This document shows, piece by piece, positions 17,238 to 27,460 of a stretch of DNA of 64,000 bases. The stretch comes from an uncultured Gammaproteobacteria bacterium (GTDB lineage: Bacteria; Patescibacteriota; Patescibacteriia; UBA1558; GWA2-36-10): positions 65,535 to 129,534 of the forward strand of contig CAZWIT010000001.1 in NCBI GenBank assembly GCA_964633905.1. Direction: 5' to 3'. The first letter of the stretch is position 1; the number at the start of each line of letters is the position of its first letter. The translations under genes were made by a program, and so were the position numbers. Below the pieces are notes generated by a model. That model saw nothing but the letters and a program-made list of their open reading frames with translations. It made no database searches and had not been told where the DNA came from.

Positions 17238-18219
17238 AGCCAGGAAAAAAATATTATTACTATTGGCTGGTGGCACTTGGATTTCAGATAAGAATCAACG
17301 CTTATTAAGCATCCAAGAAAAAACAGACGTCCTGCCTTGGCTTAGTGTTTTGCCGGAATTATCAATTATGGCTGACTTAGAGCCTGTTTTTATCAGCGGC
17401 GAAGCAGAAACTTTGAATCCTTTAATTTGGGAAAAAATGGCTAAAGTTATTTTAGCCAAACAAGCAGAAGCAGATGGCTTTATTATTGTGAGTCGCAATG
17501 AGCAACTAACTTACACGGCTAGTGCTTTAGCTTTTTCATTGCCTAATTTTTCTAAAAATATTATTTTAACTGCTAGTTATTTAAGTGGCTTAGAATGGCA
17601 ACGCAATAAAGAATATTTAGTCAAGATTAAGGCTAAATATAGTGGTTTGGGCTTAAAGGCTAATTTAATTAATGCAATTCAGGCCTTAGATTATAAGTTG
17701 CCGCAGCCAGCTATTATGTTTGGCACGCGTTTGTTGCCTGGCTTGCGGGCTAATTTTGAGCCTAATAGTGATTTAAATTTATTTAGCAGTCTTGATAATA
17801 ATTATTGGGGTAGAGTTGATTTTGGTGTTAATATAAAAACAAATTTGCCGAATTATAAAACAAATTTGCCGAATTATAATAAATTACAAGCTGAAATTTT
17901 AATTTTAAATAATGTTAGTGGCTTGCCCTGCTTATTTTCCAAAACAGAAATAAAAAAGTATAAAGCTATAATCATCAAGGGTGAAGATGGGGCAATTTTA
18001 GAGCCCAGTAAATTAAAACAAATAAAAGATTGGACTAGACCAGTGGTTTTATATAATTTTGTTAATCACAATAATCAGGCTGGTATATTTTTTATTAATA
18101 ATTGCACTTGGCCAGCTGCTGTAATTAAAACTATGTGGCTGGCAGCTAATGTAAAATCAAATTTAGAGTTTGGTAAATTATTAAATAAAAATTTGATGGG
18201 TGAATATTTATTATATTAA
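17230..18219 (+). CDS. L-asparaginase family protein (type I asparaginase/GatD-like)
   Basis: N-terminal ILLLLAGGTWIS (asparaginase GGT motif). Confidence 0.75.
   Translation: MTRARKKILLLLAGGTWISDKNQRLLSIQEKTDVLPWLSVLPELSIMADLEPVFISGEAETLNPLIWEKMAKVILAKQAEADGFIIVSRNEQLTYTASALAFSLPNFSKNIILTASYLSGLEWQRNKEYLVKIKAKYSGLGLKANLINAIQALDYKLPQPAIMFGTRLLPGLRANFEPNSDLNLFSSLDNNYWGRVDFGVNIKTNLPNYKTNLPNYNKLQAEILILNNVSGLPCLFSKTEIKKYKAIIIKGEDGAILEPSKLKQIKDWTRPVVLYNFVNHNNQAGIFFINNCTWPAAVIKTMWLAANVKSNLEFGKLLNKNLMGEYLLY
17836..17877 (+). repeat. Perfect 21-nt tandem duplication inside the asparaginase CDS
   Basis: aaaacaaatttgccgaattat ×2, giving the TNLPNYK-TNLPNYN peptide repeat. Confidence 0.9.
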
Positions 18220-18263
18220 TTGAAGATCCGCCCAGTTAAATAAATTTAAATTTTTATAATATT

Positions 18264-18521
18264 ATGTCATTCTACACTTATGTATTGTTGAGTAAAGAGG
18301 ATAATAAATTTTATATAGGTTATACTAAAAATTTAAATTTAAGATTTAAGCAACACTTAGCAGGTCAAGTAGAATCAACTAAAAATAGGAGGCCATTAAA
18401 GATAATTTATTACGAAGTATGCTTAAATCAACAAGATGCAATAAAAAGAGAAAAATATTTAAAAACTTATTTAGGTAAATTATTTATATATAAGAGGCTT
18501 AAATCTTATTTAACGGGGTAA
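18264..18521 (+). CDS. GIY-YIG nuclease-domain small protein (UPF0213-like)
   Basis: FYTYVLLS…KFYIGYTKNLNLRFKQH GIY-YIG motif. Confidence 0.7.
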   Translation: MSFYTYVLLSKEDNKFYIGYTKNLNLRFKQHLAGQVESTKNRRPLKIIYYEVCLNQQDAIKREKYLKTYLGKLFIYKRLKSYLTG

Positions 18522-18523
18522 AT

Positions 18524-19096
18524 ATGAAAATATATTTTTACAGTCCACAAGCAAGTAGCGAGGCTAGTTTAGTGAGTAATTATTTAAAGCAGGCAGGTGT
18601 TTCATTACTTAGTAATTTAGCGCCGGTTTTGAAAAAAAACAAAGATAATAGCGAAGGCGCGTTGAAAGTAGATGCTTTGTTGATTTTAGCTAAAAATTTA
18701 GATACACAAGCAGCCTATCTATTGGCTTTAGTTTTGGCCCAAAATCGTCCAGTTTTATGTTTGTTGCCCAAAGGATCTAAATTAGATAGCACTTTGGAAA
18801 ACCTGAATCAACAAGCCAATTTTGCTAAAAAATTGCAAATTAGCTTTTATCAAGACAGCGATTTAAAACAACAAGTTATTGCCTGGTTGCAAACTTTAGA
18901 TCAGGGTAAATTGCGCAATTTATTTAATATTAAATATACTTTGCGTTTGTCAGGAAAAATTTCTGATTATTTAAATTGGAAAGCAAGTGATGCTAATATG
19001 TCAGGAGCAGATTGGTTGCGGCAGTTGATCCAAGATAATATGGATAACGACACTGCTTATCAAACAGTTTTAAAAAATAAATATAAGCTTAATTAA
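18524..19096 (+). CDS. Hypothetical protein, possibly nucleoside 2-deoxyribosyltransferase-like fold
   Basis: N-terminal KIYFYSP… and VDALLILAKN…NRPVLCLL resemble the NDT/DUF4406 pattern. This is a weak call. Confidence 0.35.
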   Translation: MKIYFYSPQASSEASLVSNYLKQAGVSLLSNLAPVLKKNKDNSEGALKVDALLILAKNLDTQAAYLLALVLAQNRPVLCLLPKGSKLDSTLENLNQQANFAKKLQISFYQDSDLKQQVIAWLQTLDQGKLRNLFNIKYTLRLSGKISDYLNWKASDANMSGADWLRQLIQDNMDNDTAYQTVLKNKYKLN

Positions 19097-19099
19097 ATT

Positions 19100-19918
19100 A
19101 TGATGGAAAATCAGCATCCGGTTAAGAATTTTTATGATTTGGATTATCAAGTTTCACTAAAGGCTAAACCTTTTTTTATCAAAGCCAAGGAAAATAATAA
19201 TACTTTAATTATTTTAGTGCATGGTTTTTCTAGTTCGCCTTATGGTTTGCATAAGCTAGCTGATAATTTGGCCAACTTAGGTTGGGACGTAGAAGCGATA
19301 TTATTAAAGGGTCATGGCGGCAGCTTTGAAGCTTTGAGGGATAGTAACAGTTTGCAGTGGTATCATTCTTTAGAACAGGTCTATTTTAAATATGCTAATA
19401 TTTATGAAAATATTTTTATAATTGGTGATTCTTTTGGGGCTAACATGTGTATGCAGTTAGCTTATCATCATCCTCGTATCAAGGGTATTGTAGCGATTAA
19501 TCCAGCTATTTTTATTAATAAAGAGCGCTATATTCGTTTAGCATTGCCACTGGCACGAATATTTATGAAGCGCTATAAAAAAAATTGGCATCAAGTTGCG
19601 GATTTAAAAAATGTTCGCGAAGCTGGTCGCCATGTTTATTTGCCAATTAAAAGCATTGTTCAGTTTTATCATTTTATTGACCATTTTACTAAAAAGACAG
19701 TAGCTCAAATATCAGTGCCGATTTTGATTATTCATTCTCGGCAAGACTCTGTTTCTAGTCCGCGTAGTTCGCAATGGATTTATGATAATTGGGCCAATGC
19801 TGATCGGCAATTATTTATTTTACAAAAAAGCAAACATGGTTTTGGCATGATTAATTCCAGTCGGCATGATTTTATTATGAATAAGATTGATAATTTTATT
19901 AGTAGGCGTTGTGTTTAA
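19100..19918 (+). CDS. Alpha/beta-hydrolase (esterase/lipase)
   Basis: LIILVHGF, nucleophile elbow GDSFG. Confidence 0.75.
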   Translation: MMENQHPVKNFYDLDYQVSLKAKPFFIKAKENNNTLIILVHGFSSSPYGLHKLADNLANLGWDVEAILLKGHGGSFEALRDSNSLQWYHSLEQVYFKYANIYENIFIIGDSFGANMCMQLAYHHPRIKGIVAINPAIFINKERYIRLALPLARIFMKRYKKNWHQVADLKNVREAGRHVYLPIKSIVQFYHFIDHFTKKTVAQISVPILIIHSRQDSVSSPRSSQWIYDNWANADRQLFILQKSKHGFGMINSSRHDFIMNKIDNFISRRCV

Positions 19919-19921
19919 ATT

Positions 19922-20227
19922 ATGTTAGCTAAAAAATTTCAACGTCATATTGAGGATTTTATTTGTGAGCATTGTGGTATTAAAGTACAAGGAAATGGCT
20001 ATACCAATCATTGTCCCAAGTGTTTATGGAGCAAGCATGTAGATATTAATCCTGGAGATAGAGCTTCGGCTTGTCAGGCCTTGATGAAGCCTATTGATTT
20101 AGAATCAAAAGGTGATGGACAAGTTATTACTTACCATTGCCTTAAGTGTGGTTTTGAAAGAAAAAATAAGGTAGCAGAGACTGATGATTTAGAAGAATTA
20201 ATCAAACTAAGTACTATTAAATTATAA
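19922..20227 (+). CDS. RNHCP-domain zinc-ribbon protein
   Basis: CEHCG…YTNHCPKCL…HCLKCG: paired CxxC motifs and an NHCP signature. Confidence 0.55.
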   Translation: MLAKKFQRHIEDFICEHCGIKVQGNGYTNHCPKCLWSKHVDINPGDRASACQALMKPIDLESKGDGQVITYHCLKCGFERKNKVAETDDLEELIKLSTIKL

Positions 20228-20319
20228 TAAAGAATTGCCCCGAAGTATAAAACAGCGGGGCAATTTTACTATTGTGGTAAAAAGTAAAATTATGGTAAAA
20301 TAATATTGAAAAAATAGAC

Positions 20320-22032
20320 ATGTCACAGACAATTACGGATGTTTTTAAGGAAAGCGTGGAAAAGTATGGTAAGCGAAATGCTTTGGCTTTTTTAAGTAAC
20401 AAAAAATACCAAACTATTACTTATCAAGCTTTAGATAATTATCGTTTGCAGATAGCTAAATGGTGGCAAGAATTGGGCCTACAAAAAGGGGAAAAAATAG
20501 CTATTATGTTACCTAATTCTCCAGAGTGGATTATTGCTGATTTAGCTGCTGCTAGTCTTGGTCTAGTAATTGTGCCAGTGCATAGTACTTTTAGTGGTAG
20601 TTATTTAGCCAATTTAGTTAAACATGCTCAGGCTGATTATTTATTGATTGATGGTACTAACTTTGCTAAACATAAAGATACAGTTAAAAATTTGTCTTTT
20701 AAAAAAATATTTTTAGTGAATAAAGAAGGTGAATCGCAGCATTTGTCCTGGCCAGTTTTAGACGCTGGGCTTTGTCCAGAAATCAAAAAGCCTAATATTA
20801 AGGCAAACGATTTACATATTATTATTTATACTTCTGGCACTACCGGTGATCCCAAAGGTGTGATGTTATCGCATCATAATATAGTGACTGATGCCTTGTC
20901 TGCTATTCGGCGCGTGCCGATCAATTGTCAGGATAGATTTTTTTCTTTTTTGCCTTTATCACATGCTTTTGAGCGTATGGCTGGCTACTATTGTCCGATT
21001 TTTGTTGGTGCTAGTATTTATTTTGCTCAAAGTCCTAAAACCATGGTTGCTGATATTAAGTTAGCCAAGCCTACGGTTTTGCCTAGCGTGCCTAGAATTT
21101 TTGAAAAGATTTACGATAAGATTTACGATAAGATTAGGAGTTCAGGGCAAATGCGCAAACAATTGTTTTATCAGGCAATTGATTTAGCGAGAGCTAGACG
21201 ACATGGTCGTTTGCCTTGGTCACAATTAATAAAATACAAAATTTTAAATATTTTGGTTTTAAAAAAGTTGCGTCAAATTTTTGGTGGTAGTTTACGTTTA
21301 GCAATTTCTGGCGGATCTTCATTAAATCCTATGATTGGTAAATTTTTTGAAAATCTTGGCATTAAAAATATCGAAGGTTATGGTTTGACTGAAACCAGTC
21401 CGATTGCGGCTATTAATAAATTGGATTTTTATAAGTACGGCACGGTTGGTCCAGCTATAGATTGTAATCGCATTAAGATTGCGGAGGATAAAGAGATATT
21501 AATAAAAGGCGATAATGTGATGTTAGGGTATTATAATAACCCTGAGGCTACAGCTGATGTGATGGTAGATGACGGCTGGTTTAAAACTGGTGACCTTGGT
21601 TTTATAGACAATGATGGTTTTCTGACCATTATTGGTAGGGCTAAAGATATGATAGTACTGTCTACTGGTAAAAAAGTATTTCCAGAACCAATTGAAAATG
21701 TTTTAAATGCTAATAAATATATTAGCCAAAGCATGGTTTATGGTAGTAACAGCAAACATATTTCTGCCTTGATTGTGCCGGATAAAGAGGAATTATCCAA
21801 GTGGTGCCAAAAGTCTGATTTGCAGTTTGCTTGGCCTGAAATTTTAGAAAAAACAGAGTTAAAAGAGTTTTATCAACAGCAAATAACTAAAGCTTTAGAG
21901 CACTTGGCAAATATTGAACAAATTAATCATTTTCAATTGTTAAATGAAGAATTTAGTCAGGAGAATGGCATGTTGACATTAACATTGAAATTGAGACGGC
22001 CTCATATTATGTCCAAATATATAATTAAGTGA
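20320..22032 (+). CDS. Long-chain-fatty-acid--CoA ligase (AMP-binding family)
   Basis: YTSGTTGDPKGV AMP-binding signature. 570 aa. Confidence 0.9.
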   Translation: MSQTITDVFKESVEKYGKRNALAFLSNKKYQTITYQALDNYRLQIAKWWQELGLQKGEKIAIMLPNSPEWIIADLAAASLGLVIVPVHSTFSGSYLANLVKHAQADYLLIDGTNFAKHKDTVKNLSFKKIFLVNKEGESQHLSWPVLDAGLCPEIKKPNIKANDLHIIIYTSGTTGDPKGVMLSHHNIVTDALSAIRRVPINCQDRFFSFLPLSHAFERMAGYYCPIFVGASIYFAQSPKTMVADIKLAKPTVLPSVPRIFEKIYDKIYDKIRSSGQMRKQLFYQAIDLARARRHGRLPWSQLIKYKILNILVLKKLRQIFGGSLRLAISGGSSLNPMIGKFFENLGIKNIEGYGLTETSPIAAINKLDFYKYGTVGPAIDCNRIKIAEDKEILIKGDNVMLGYYNNPEATADVMVDDGWFKTGDLGFIDNDGFLTIIGRAKDMIVLSTGKKVFPEPIENVLNANKYISQSMVYGSNSKHISALIVPDKEELSKWCQKSDLQFAWPEILEKTELKEFYQQQITKALEHLANIEQINHFQLLNEEFSQENGMLTLTLKLRRPHIMSKYIIK

Positions 22033-22041
22033 TTTAAAAAT

Positions 22042-23304
22042 ATGTTTTTTTCAAAATATAATTATATTAAAAATATTTTATTATCTAGAATTAAAAAAAA
22101 TGTTAAATCTGATTTAGAAATCATTAATATATTAAATTTATTAAAAAATAGTGTAGGCTATCCTGATATTAAGGTTTTAGAGTCTGCTACTGGTTCAGAG
22201 GTATTTGTTGATAATAAAAAAATATTAATGTTTGGGTCTTATAATTATTTAGGCTTAGCTAATAGAAAAGAGGTTATTGATAGTGCCGTTAATTATGTAA
22301 AAAAATTTGGCATTGGTACGGGCGGTGTGAGATTGTTGACTGGTAGTATGGTTATTCATGAAGAAATGGAAAATTTAGTTGCTAATTTTACAGGTCACAA
22401 TAACTGCGTTTCTATAGCTTCTGGTTTTGGCACTAATGCAGGTATTATTCCAGCTGTTTCTAACCTTCTAGGGTTTGGTAAATTAATATCAGCTAGAAAG
22501 TTGGTAATTTTTAGTGATGAATATAATCATGCAAGTATAGTTGATGGTTGTAGATTAAGTAAGGCTAAAGTATTAGTATATAAACATAATAATATCATTG
22601 ATTTGGAGGAAAAATTATCTAGGTATAAATATAATAGAAAGTTAATTATAACGGATGGCGTTTTTAGTATGGATGGTGATATAGCTAAGCTTGATAAAAT
22701 TCTAGATTTAGCAAAAGAATATAATGCTTTAACCATGGTAGATGATGCTCATTCAATTGGTGTTTTTGGAAAAACTGGTTCCGGAACAGCGGAACATTTT
22801 AATAGAATAGGAGAGGTTGATATTAATATGGGAACGTTTAGTAAGGGCTTGGGTGTATCAGGCGGCTTTGTTTCTTGTAGTAAGGATTTAGCAGATTATT
22901 TTAGAGTAGCTTGTAGAACATATATGTTTTCAGATTCATTATCGCCAGCCATTGTTGGTGGTGTTATTGGCTCTATTAATTATATAAAAGAGCATCCTGA
23001 AATTAGAGAAAAACTTCGAACTAATTATGAATATTTTAATAGTAATTTAAAAAAAATGGGTTTTGACACTTTTAATAGTAATACGCAAGTGGTGCCACTT
23101 TTAGTAGGTAGTGATTATAATACAATGTTATTTTTTAAAAAATTATTTGATTATGGTTTATTTGCGCCAGCTGTAAGATGGCCAGCTGTTCCAAAGAATA
23201 CTGGTAGGATAAGATTTTCAATAATGTCATCTCATAACAAAACACAGATAGACACAGCTTTAAATATGATAGAAACGGTTGGTAGACAATTACATATTAT
23301 TTAA
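22042..23304 (+). CDS. Alpha-oxoamine synthase family PLP enzyme (AONS/serine palmitoyltransferase/CqsA-like)
   Basis: Class-II aminotransferase fold. GTFSKGLGVSGGF PLP-lysine motif. 9-nt gap to neighbours on both sides. Confidence 0.85.
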   Translation: MFFSKYNYIKNILLSRIKKNVKSDLEIINILNLLKNSVGYPDIKVLESATGSEVFVDNKKILMFGSYNYLGLANRKEVIDSAVNYVKKFGIGTGGVRLLTGSMVIHEEMENLVANFTGHNNCVSIASGFGTNAGIIPAVSNLLGFGKLISARKLVIFSDEYNHASIVDGCRLSKAKVLVYKHNNIIDLEEKLSRYKYNRKLIITDGVFSMDGDIAKLDKILDLAKEYNALTMVDDAHSIGVFGKTGSGTAEHFNRIGEVDINMGTFSKGLGVSGGFVSCSKDLADYFRVACRTYMFSDSLSPAIVGGVIGSINYIKEHPEIREKLRTNYEYFNSNLKKMGFDTFNSNTQVVPLLVGSDYNTMLFFKKLFDYGLFAPAVRWPAVPKNTGRIRFSIMSSHNKTQIDTALNMIETVGRQLHII

Positions 23305-23313
23305 AAATTTTTT

Positions 23314-26121
23314 ATGTTTGGTTTGATTTTAGTTAGTTTTATAGTGATTGCTAGTTTTATTTTACCGTTTTTTGTTTTAAAGCAAAATACTAAGAGTAGA
23401 CTGCATCAATTATTTTTTATATTTGCTCAAACAAATACAGTATGGGCTATTGATAATTTGCTTACAGGGATTTATCCATTAGAGATATGGGTAAGAGGAA
23501 TGTATGGCATAGGAGCCCTTTTAGTTTCTAGTGGATTGGCTTGGTTTTTTTATCTATTAGAAGGTAAAATTAATATATTTAAATATTGTTTTGTTTATTT
23601 TTTTGGTTTTTTATTCTTTTTTCTATCCTTATTTACAGACTATGTTGTAAAAAGTGTCGATAAAATTTATTTTGGTTATTTTGATGGTCAGTTTGGGTCA
23701 CTTTTTTATATTTATAGTATTTTTTTATCTGGATCTTTAATATATATAGTCTTTAGACTTTTTAGAGCAGCTCATAGGAGTATTGGTATAAAAAAATTGC
23801 AGATGATGTATGTAGCAACAGGAGCTTTTATATTTGCATTTTTTGCAATAATATTAAGTTTTATTTTTCCAATTATATTTACTAACTTCTTTAGTCAGTT
23901 TGATTTGACTGGTTCTTTTATATTTTTACTTTTTATATCTTATTCCATAGTAAAGTATAGGCTAATGGATATAAGAGTAGTTTTAATTAGGAGTATTTTA
24001 TATACTTTTCTTGTTGCTATGGTTGCCAGTTTTTTTGCATTATCAGTTTTTTTATCTACTACTTATTTAGGTGAAGAAAATAAATCTAGTAACATTATTG
24101 TTTACATAATTACTTCTTTTATTATAGTTATTTTTTTAGATCCTTTAAAAAGAGCTTTTGCTAAAATTACAGACAGAATTTTTTATAAAGACCGCATTGA
24201 TTACCAAAAAGTTTCACAAAAAGCCAGTGCTGTTGTTGCTAAAGAAATTGATTTAGATAAACTTTCTTATGCCATATCTCATCTGCTAGCAACAGAATTA
24301 AAAATTAAAGAAGTTTCAACTTTAATTGCTAAAGATAAAAATTTCGTTTTACTTTCCAGTTCTCAAATCAGTAAGTCAGACTTTAAATTGAGCCCTAGTT
24401 TTATTAATTTTATCCAAGAGCATAGGGAATTTATTATTGTTGAAGAATTAATTAGAGAGCAGGGTGATATAAATAATGAGTCCCCATATTATCAGACTTT
24501 GGATATTTTTATCAGAGAAGCCGAAAGTTTTAATGTAGAAATGGTAGTACCAATTGCCGATGATAATAATATTGTAACAGCCATATTGTTATTTTCTGCT
24601 AAAAGTTCTGGCGATTTATATAATCAAGATGATATTAACTTTTTAAAAGTCTTAGTGCCACAAATTGGTACGGCTATCACTAAGTCTAAATTGTATGAAG
24701 AAGTTCAGATCTTTAATCGTGAATTACAGGCTAAGGTAGAGGACAGAACCAAGAGTTTACGCGAGGCCAATATTGGTTTAGAAGAGCGTAATAAATTTTT
24801 GACTACTATGCAGGTGGTGACTAATATGGTTAGTCGCACCCTAGATTTAAAGCAAGTTAATCAAAATATCGCCAATAGTATTGCTTTGGAATTAGGTTAT
24901 GTGGGTGGTATTTTAAGTTTTATTGATGAATCTAAGCATACTCTAAAAATAGGCGCTATTACTGATAATGAAAAAACGAAAGATGTTATTAGTATTTTGG
25001 GTCGTGATCCTAAAACTTTTGAAGCTCAACTTAATCCGGAATTTTCTTTGGGCGCGCAAACTGTTTTGTCTGGTAAAATAAATTTTTCCGATAAAATGTC
25101 TGATTTTTTCTCACCGCCGGTTGAAGTTGCGGCGATTGATAAAATACAGAAATTTTTAGGAGTTAAAACAGTGGTGGGTTTGCCAATTTTTTCAGAAAAC
25201 AAAATTATCGGTGTGATACATTTTTTGATGGCAGTAGAACGCCATCATATTTCGGCTTTGGATATTGAGACTATGACCGCTTTGACTAATCAAGTTGGAA
25301 TCGTGTCTCGTAATTTATATTTATACAATAATTTACAATCAGCCAATGCCGAATTACAAGAAGCTAATTTGCGTTTACGCGAGCTTGATCGGGCTAAATC
25401 TGAATTTTTATCAATTGCTTCGCATCAATTGCGCACTCCAATCTCGGCTCTCAAGGGCTATTTATCCATGATGATTGACGGAGATTTTGGTCCAGTGCCG
25501 GATAAAATTAAAGTAGTTATTAAAGATTTATTTGAGAGCGCTTCGCGTTTAGCACGTTTAATCAATGTCTTTTTAAATGTTTCCCGGATTGAGTCAGGTC
25601 GATTAAAATTAGACAAACATGAAGTTCAAGTAAATGATTTGATAGTTAGTGTTGTTAAGGAATTAAATAACCAGGCTTTACAGAAAAAATTAGAGTTGCT
25701 TTATGAAGAGCCTAAAAAAACCTTGCCTTTGATTAATGCTGATAGTGATAAATTAAGAGAAGTGATTTTGAATTTGATTGATAATTCTATTAAATACACC
25801 TTGACTGGCTCGGTAAAAATTTCAGTCAGTGTTGAGGCTAATGATTTTCATTTTGTGGTCAAGGATACTGGTATTGGCATTGATCCAGAAGAAGCCAAAA
25901 CTTTATTTAGAAAATTTGTCCGTGGCTCGGGTGTGGCGCAAATTCATACTGGCGGCTCTGGTTTAGGTTTATTTATTGCCCAAAAGATTATCAAAGAGCA
26001 TGGTGGTAAAGTTTGGGCGGAAAGCGAAGGCAAAGGTAAGGGTAGTACTTTTCAATTTGTTATACCAATCGATGGTAATGGTGAGATGGTAAAGATCGCT
26101 AGCGCTGAAGAATTTAAGTAA
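23314..26121 (+). CDS. Sensor histidine kinase: 7TM N-terminal sensor + GAF domains + HisKA + HATPase_c
   Basis: Multi-TM N-terminus. H-box ELDRAKSEFLSIASHQLRTPISALKGY. N/G-box region DNSIKYT…DTGIGI…GGSGLGL. No receiver domain. Confidence 0.9.
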   Translation: MFGLILVSFIVIASFILPFFVLKQNTKSRLHQLFFIFAQTNTVWAIDNLLTGIYPLEIWVRGMYGIGALLVSSGLAWFFYLLEGKINIFKYCFVYFFGFLFFFLSLFTDYVVKSVDKIYFGYFDGQFGSLFYIYSIFLSGSLIYIVFRLFRAAHRSIGIKKLQMMYVATGAFIFAFFAIILSFIFPIIFTNFFSQFDLTGSFIFLLFISYSIVKYRLMDIRVVLIRSILYTFLVAMVASFFALSVFLSTTYLGEENKSSNIIVYIITSFIIVIFLDPLKRAFAKITDRIFYKDRIDYQKVSQKASAVVAKEIDLDKLSYAISHLLATELKIKEVSTLIAKDKNFVLLSSSQISKSDFKLSPSFINFIQEHREFIIVEELIREQGDINNESPYYQTLDIFIREAESFNVEMVVPIADDNNIVTAILLFSAKSSGDLYNQDDINFLKVLVPQIGTAITKSKLYEEVQIFNRELQAKVEDRTKSLREANIGLEERNKFLTTMQVVTNMVSRTLDLKQVNQNIANSIALELGYVGGILSFIDESKHTLKIGAITDNEKTKDVISILGRDPKTFEAQLNPEFSLGAQTVLSGKINFSDKMSDFFSPPVEVAAIDKIQKFLGVKTVVGLPIFSENKIIGVIHFLMAVERHHISALDIETMTALTNQVGIVSRNLYLYNNLQSANAELQEANLRLRELDRAKSEFLSIASHQLRTPISALKGYLSMMIDGDFGPVPDKIKVVIKDLFESASRLARLINVFLNVSRIESGRLKLDKHEVQVNDLIVSVVKELNNQALQKKLELLYEEPKKTLPLINADSDKLREVILNLIDNSIKYTLTGSVKISVSVEANDFHFVVKDTGIGIDPEEAKTLFRKFVRGSGVAQIHTGGSGLGLFIAQKIIKEHGGKVWAESEGKGKGSTFQFVIPIDGNGEMVKIASAEEFK

Positions 26122-26287
26122 AGCTTGACGGTTATTTTTTCTTAGGTATATAATAAGTTTAGCTTAAGAAAAGCGACAAGATGGCAATTGTCAGATTTAA
26201 TTTAGGATATTTTACAGGCAATTATTTTAGATTGTTTTTTTAATATAAACAAAAACACAGGCAAGCTTTAATTATTAATTTAAAGTT

Positions 26288-27460
26288 ATGCCTCAAAAGA
26301 AAAGCGATTTTAATTATTTATTTTTAGTATCGATCTTTTTATTTATTTTTTTGCCGCAACTTTCTTTGGCTCTTGGGTCAAAGCAAAAAATAATACAGGA
26401 CAGTACCAAATACGTAGATAAATATTTTAGTAGTAATTTAAAAACAGGCGATCAGGATTTTATCTATTTAGGCGAACAAAAAATAGCCACCGTAGATGCT
26501 CAAGGCAATGTTTTTTACAATTTAGATGACCATTTGGCTTCGCCGACTTTGATAACTGATTCAGTTGGTCAAATTGTCTCTAGTCTTGATTATCAGCCTT
26601 TTGGCAAATTAAATTCGGCTGTTTCTAGTACTAATGATCATTATCAATTTAGTGACAAAGAGTTTGATGCTGAAAATAATTGGCAGTATTTTGGCGCTCG
26701 TTATTATGATAATATTTTGGGTCGTTTTAGCTCGCTTGACCCCGTTTATCTACAAAATGTTGGGCAATATTTGGCTGATCCGCAGCAGCTCAATAGCTAT
26801 GCTTATGCTCGTAATAATCCAATTAAGTTAATAGACAAGTCTGGAGAGAAAGTTTCGGAATACCAGCCATATAAGGCTAAAAATAATTTTTATAATGTAG
26901 GCGAAGCTTTTGGCGTATATCGTGGCTTAACATTAAAAAGCGGGGGAGAATTTACCGGCAGTGATAAGCACGAGTATCAATGTGTTGCTCTGGCTAAGGA
27001 CTTTGTCAAGCAACAATTTGATGTTACTATTGGCAGGATAGGGAGCGGTAGTAATTTTGGTAAGCAAGAAATACTTAATAGTTTTAAAAATGCAGGTAAT
27101 TTTGAGGTTTATAAAAATGGTGCTACAGTTATGCCGCAAGAAAATGATATTATTTCTTGGCAGGGCGGTGGCTATGGTCATGTAGGTGTTATTGCGGAAA
27201 TAAGTTTTGATCCAAAATCAGGCAGTGGTTATGTGTATACGCTAGAACAAAATGCTAGTAAAAATAGCGCTTTGTTTGCCCAAACACTGCAAAGAAATTA
27301 CAATAAAGCTGGTCAGGCTACTTATACTATTGGTGACCGATGGCAGAGTTATCAGGTGCAGGCCTGGGCTCGCTATGGAAACCAAAGCCAATTACCAGCT
27401 GAAAATTATTCACCAATTTTATATACGCCAGCTCCTAATTTATCAAAATATTATGAATAA
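26288..27460 (+). CDS. Secreted mini-RHS protein: signal peptide + terminal YD repeats/RHS core tip + C-terminal CHAP (amidase/peptidase) domain
   Basis: Signal peptide MPQKKSDFNYLFLVSIFLFIFLPQLSLALG. RHS core tail YFGARYYDNILGRFSSLDPV…NSYAYARNNPIKLIDKSGE. CHAP-like Cys (HEYQCVALAKDF) and His (GHVGVIAEI). Confidence 0.7.
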   Translation: MPQKKSDFNYLFLVSIFLFIFLPQLSLALGSKQKIIQDSTKYVDKYFSSNLKTGDQDFIYLGEQKIATVDAQGNVFYNLDDHLASPTLITDSVGQIVSSLDYQPFGKLNSAVSSTNDHYQFSDKEFDAENNWQYFGARYYDNILGRFSSLDPVYLQNVGQYLADPQQLNSYAYARNNPIKLIDKSGEKVSEYQPYKAKNNFYNVGEAFGVYRGLTLKSGGEFTGSDKHEYQCVALAKDFVKQQFDVTIGRIGSGSNFGKQEILNSFKNAGNFEVYKNGATVMPQENDIISWQGGGYGHVGVIAEISFDPKSGSGYVYTLEQNASKNSALFAQTLQRNYNKAGQATYTIGDRWQSYQVQAWARYGNQSQLPAENYSPILYTPAPNLSKYYE

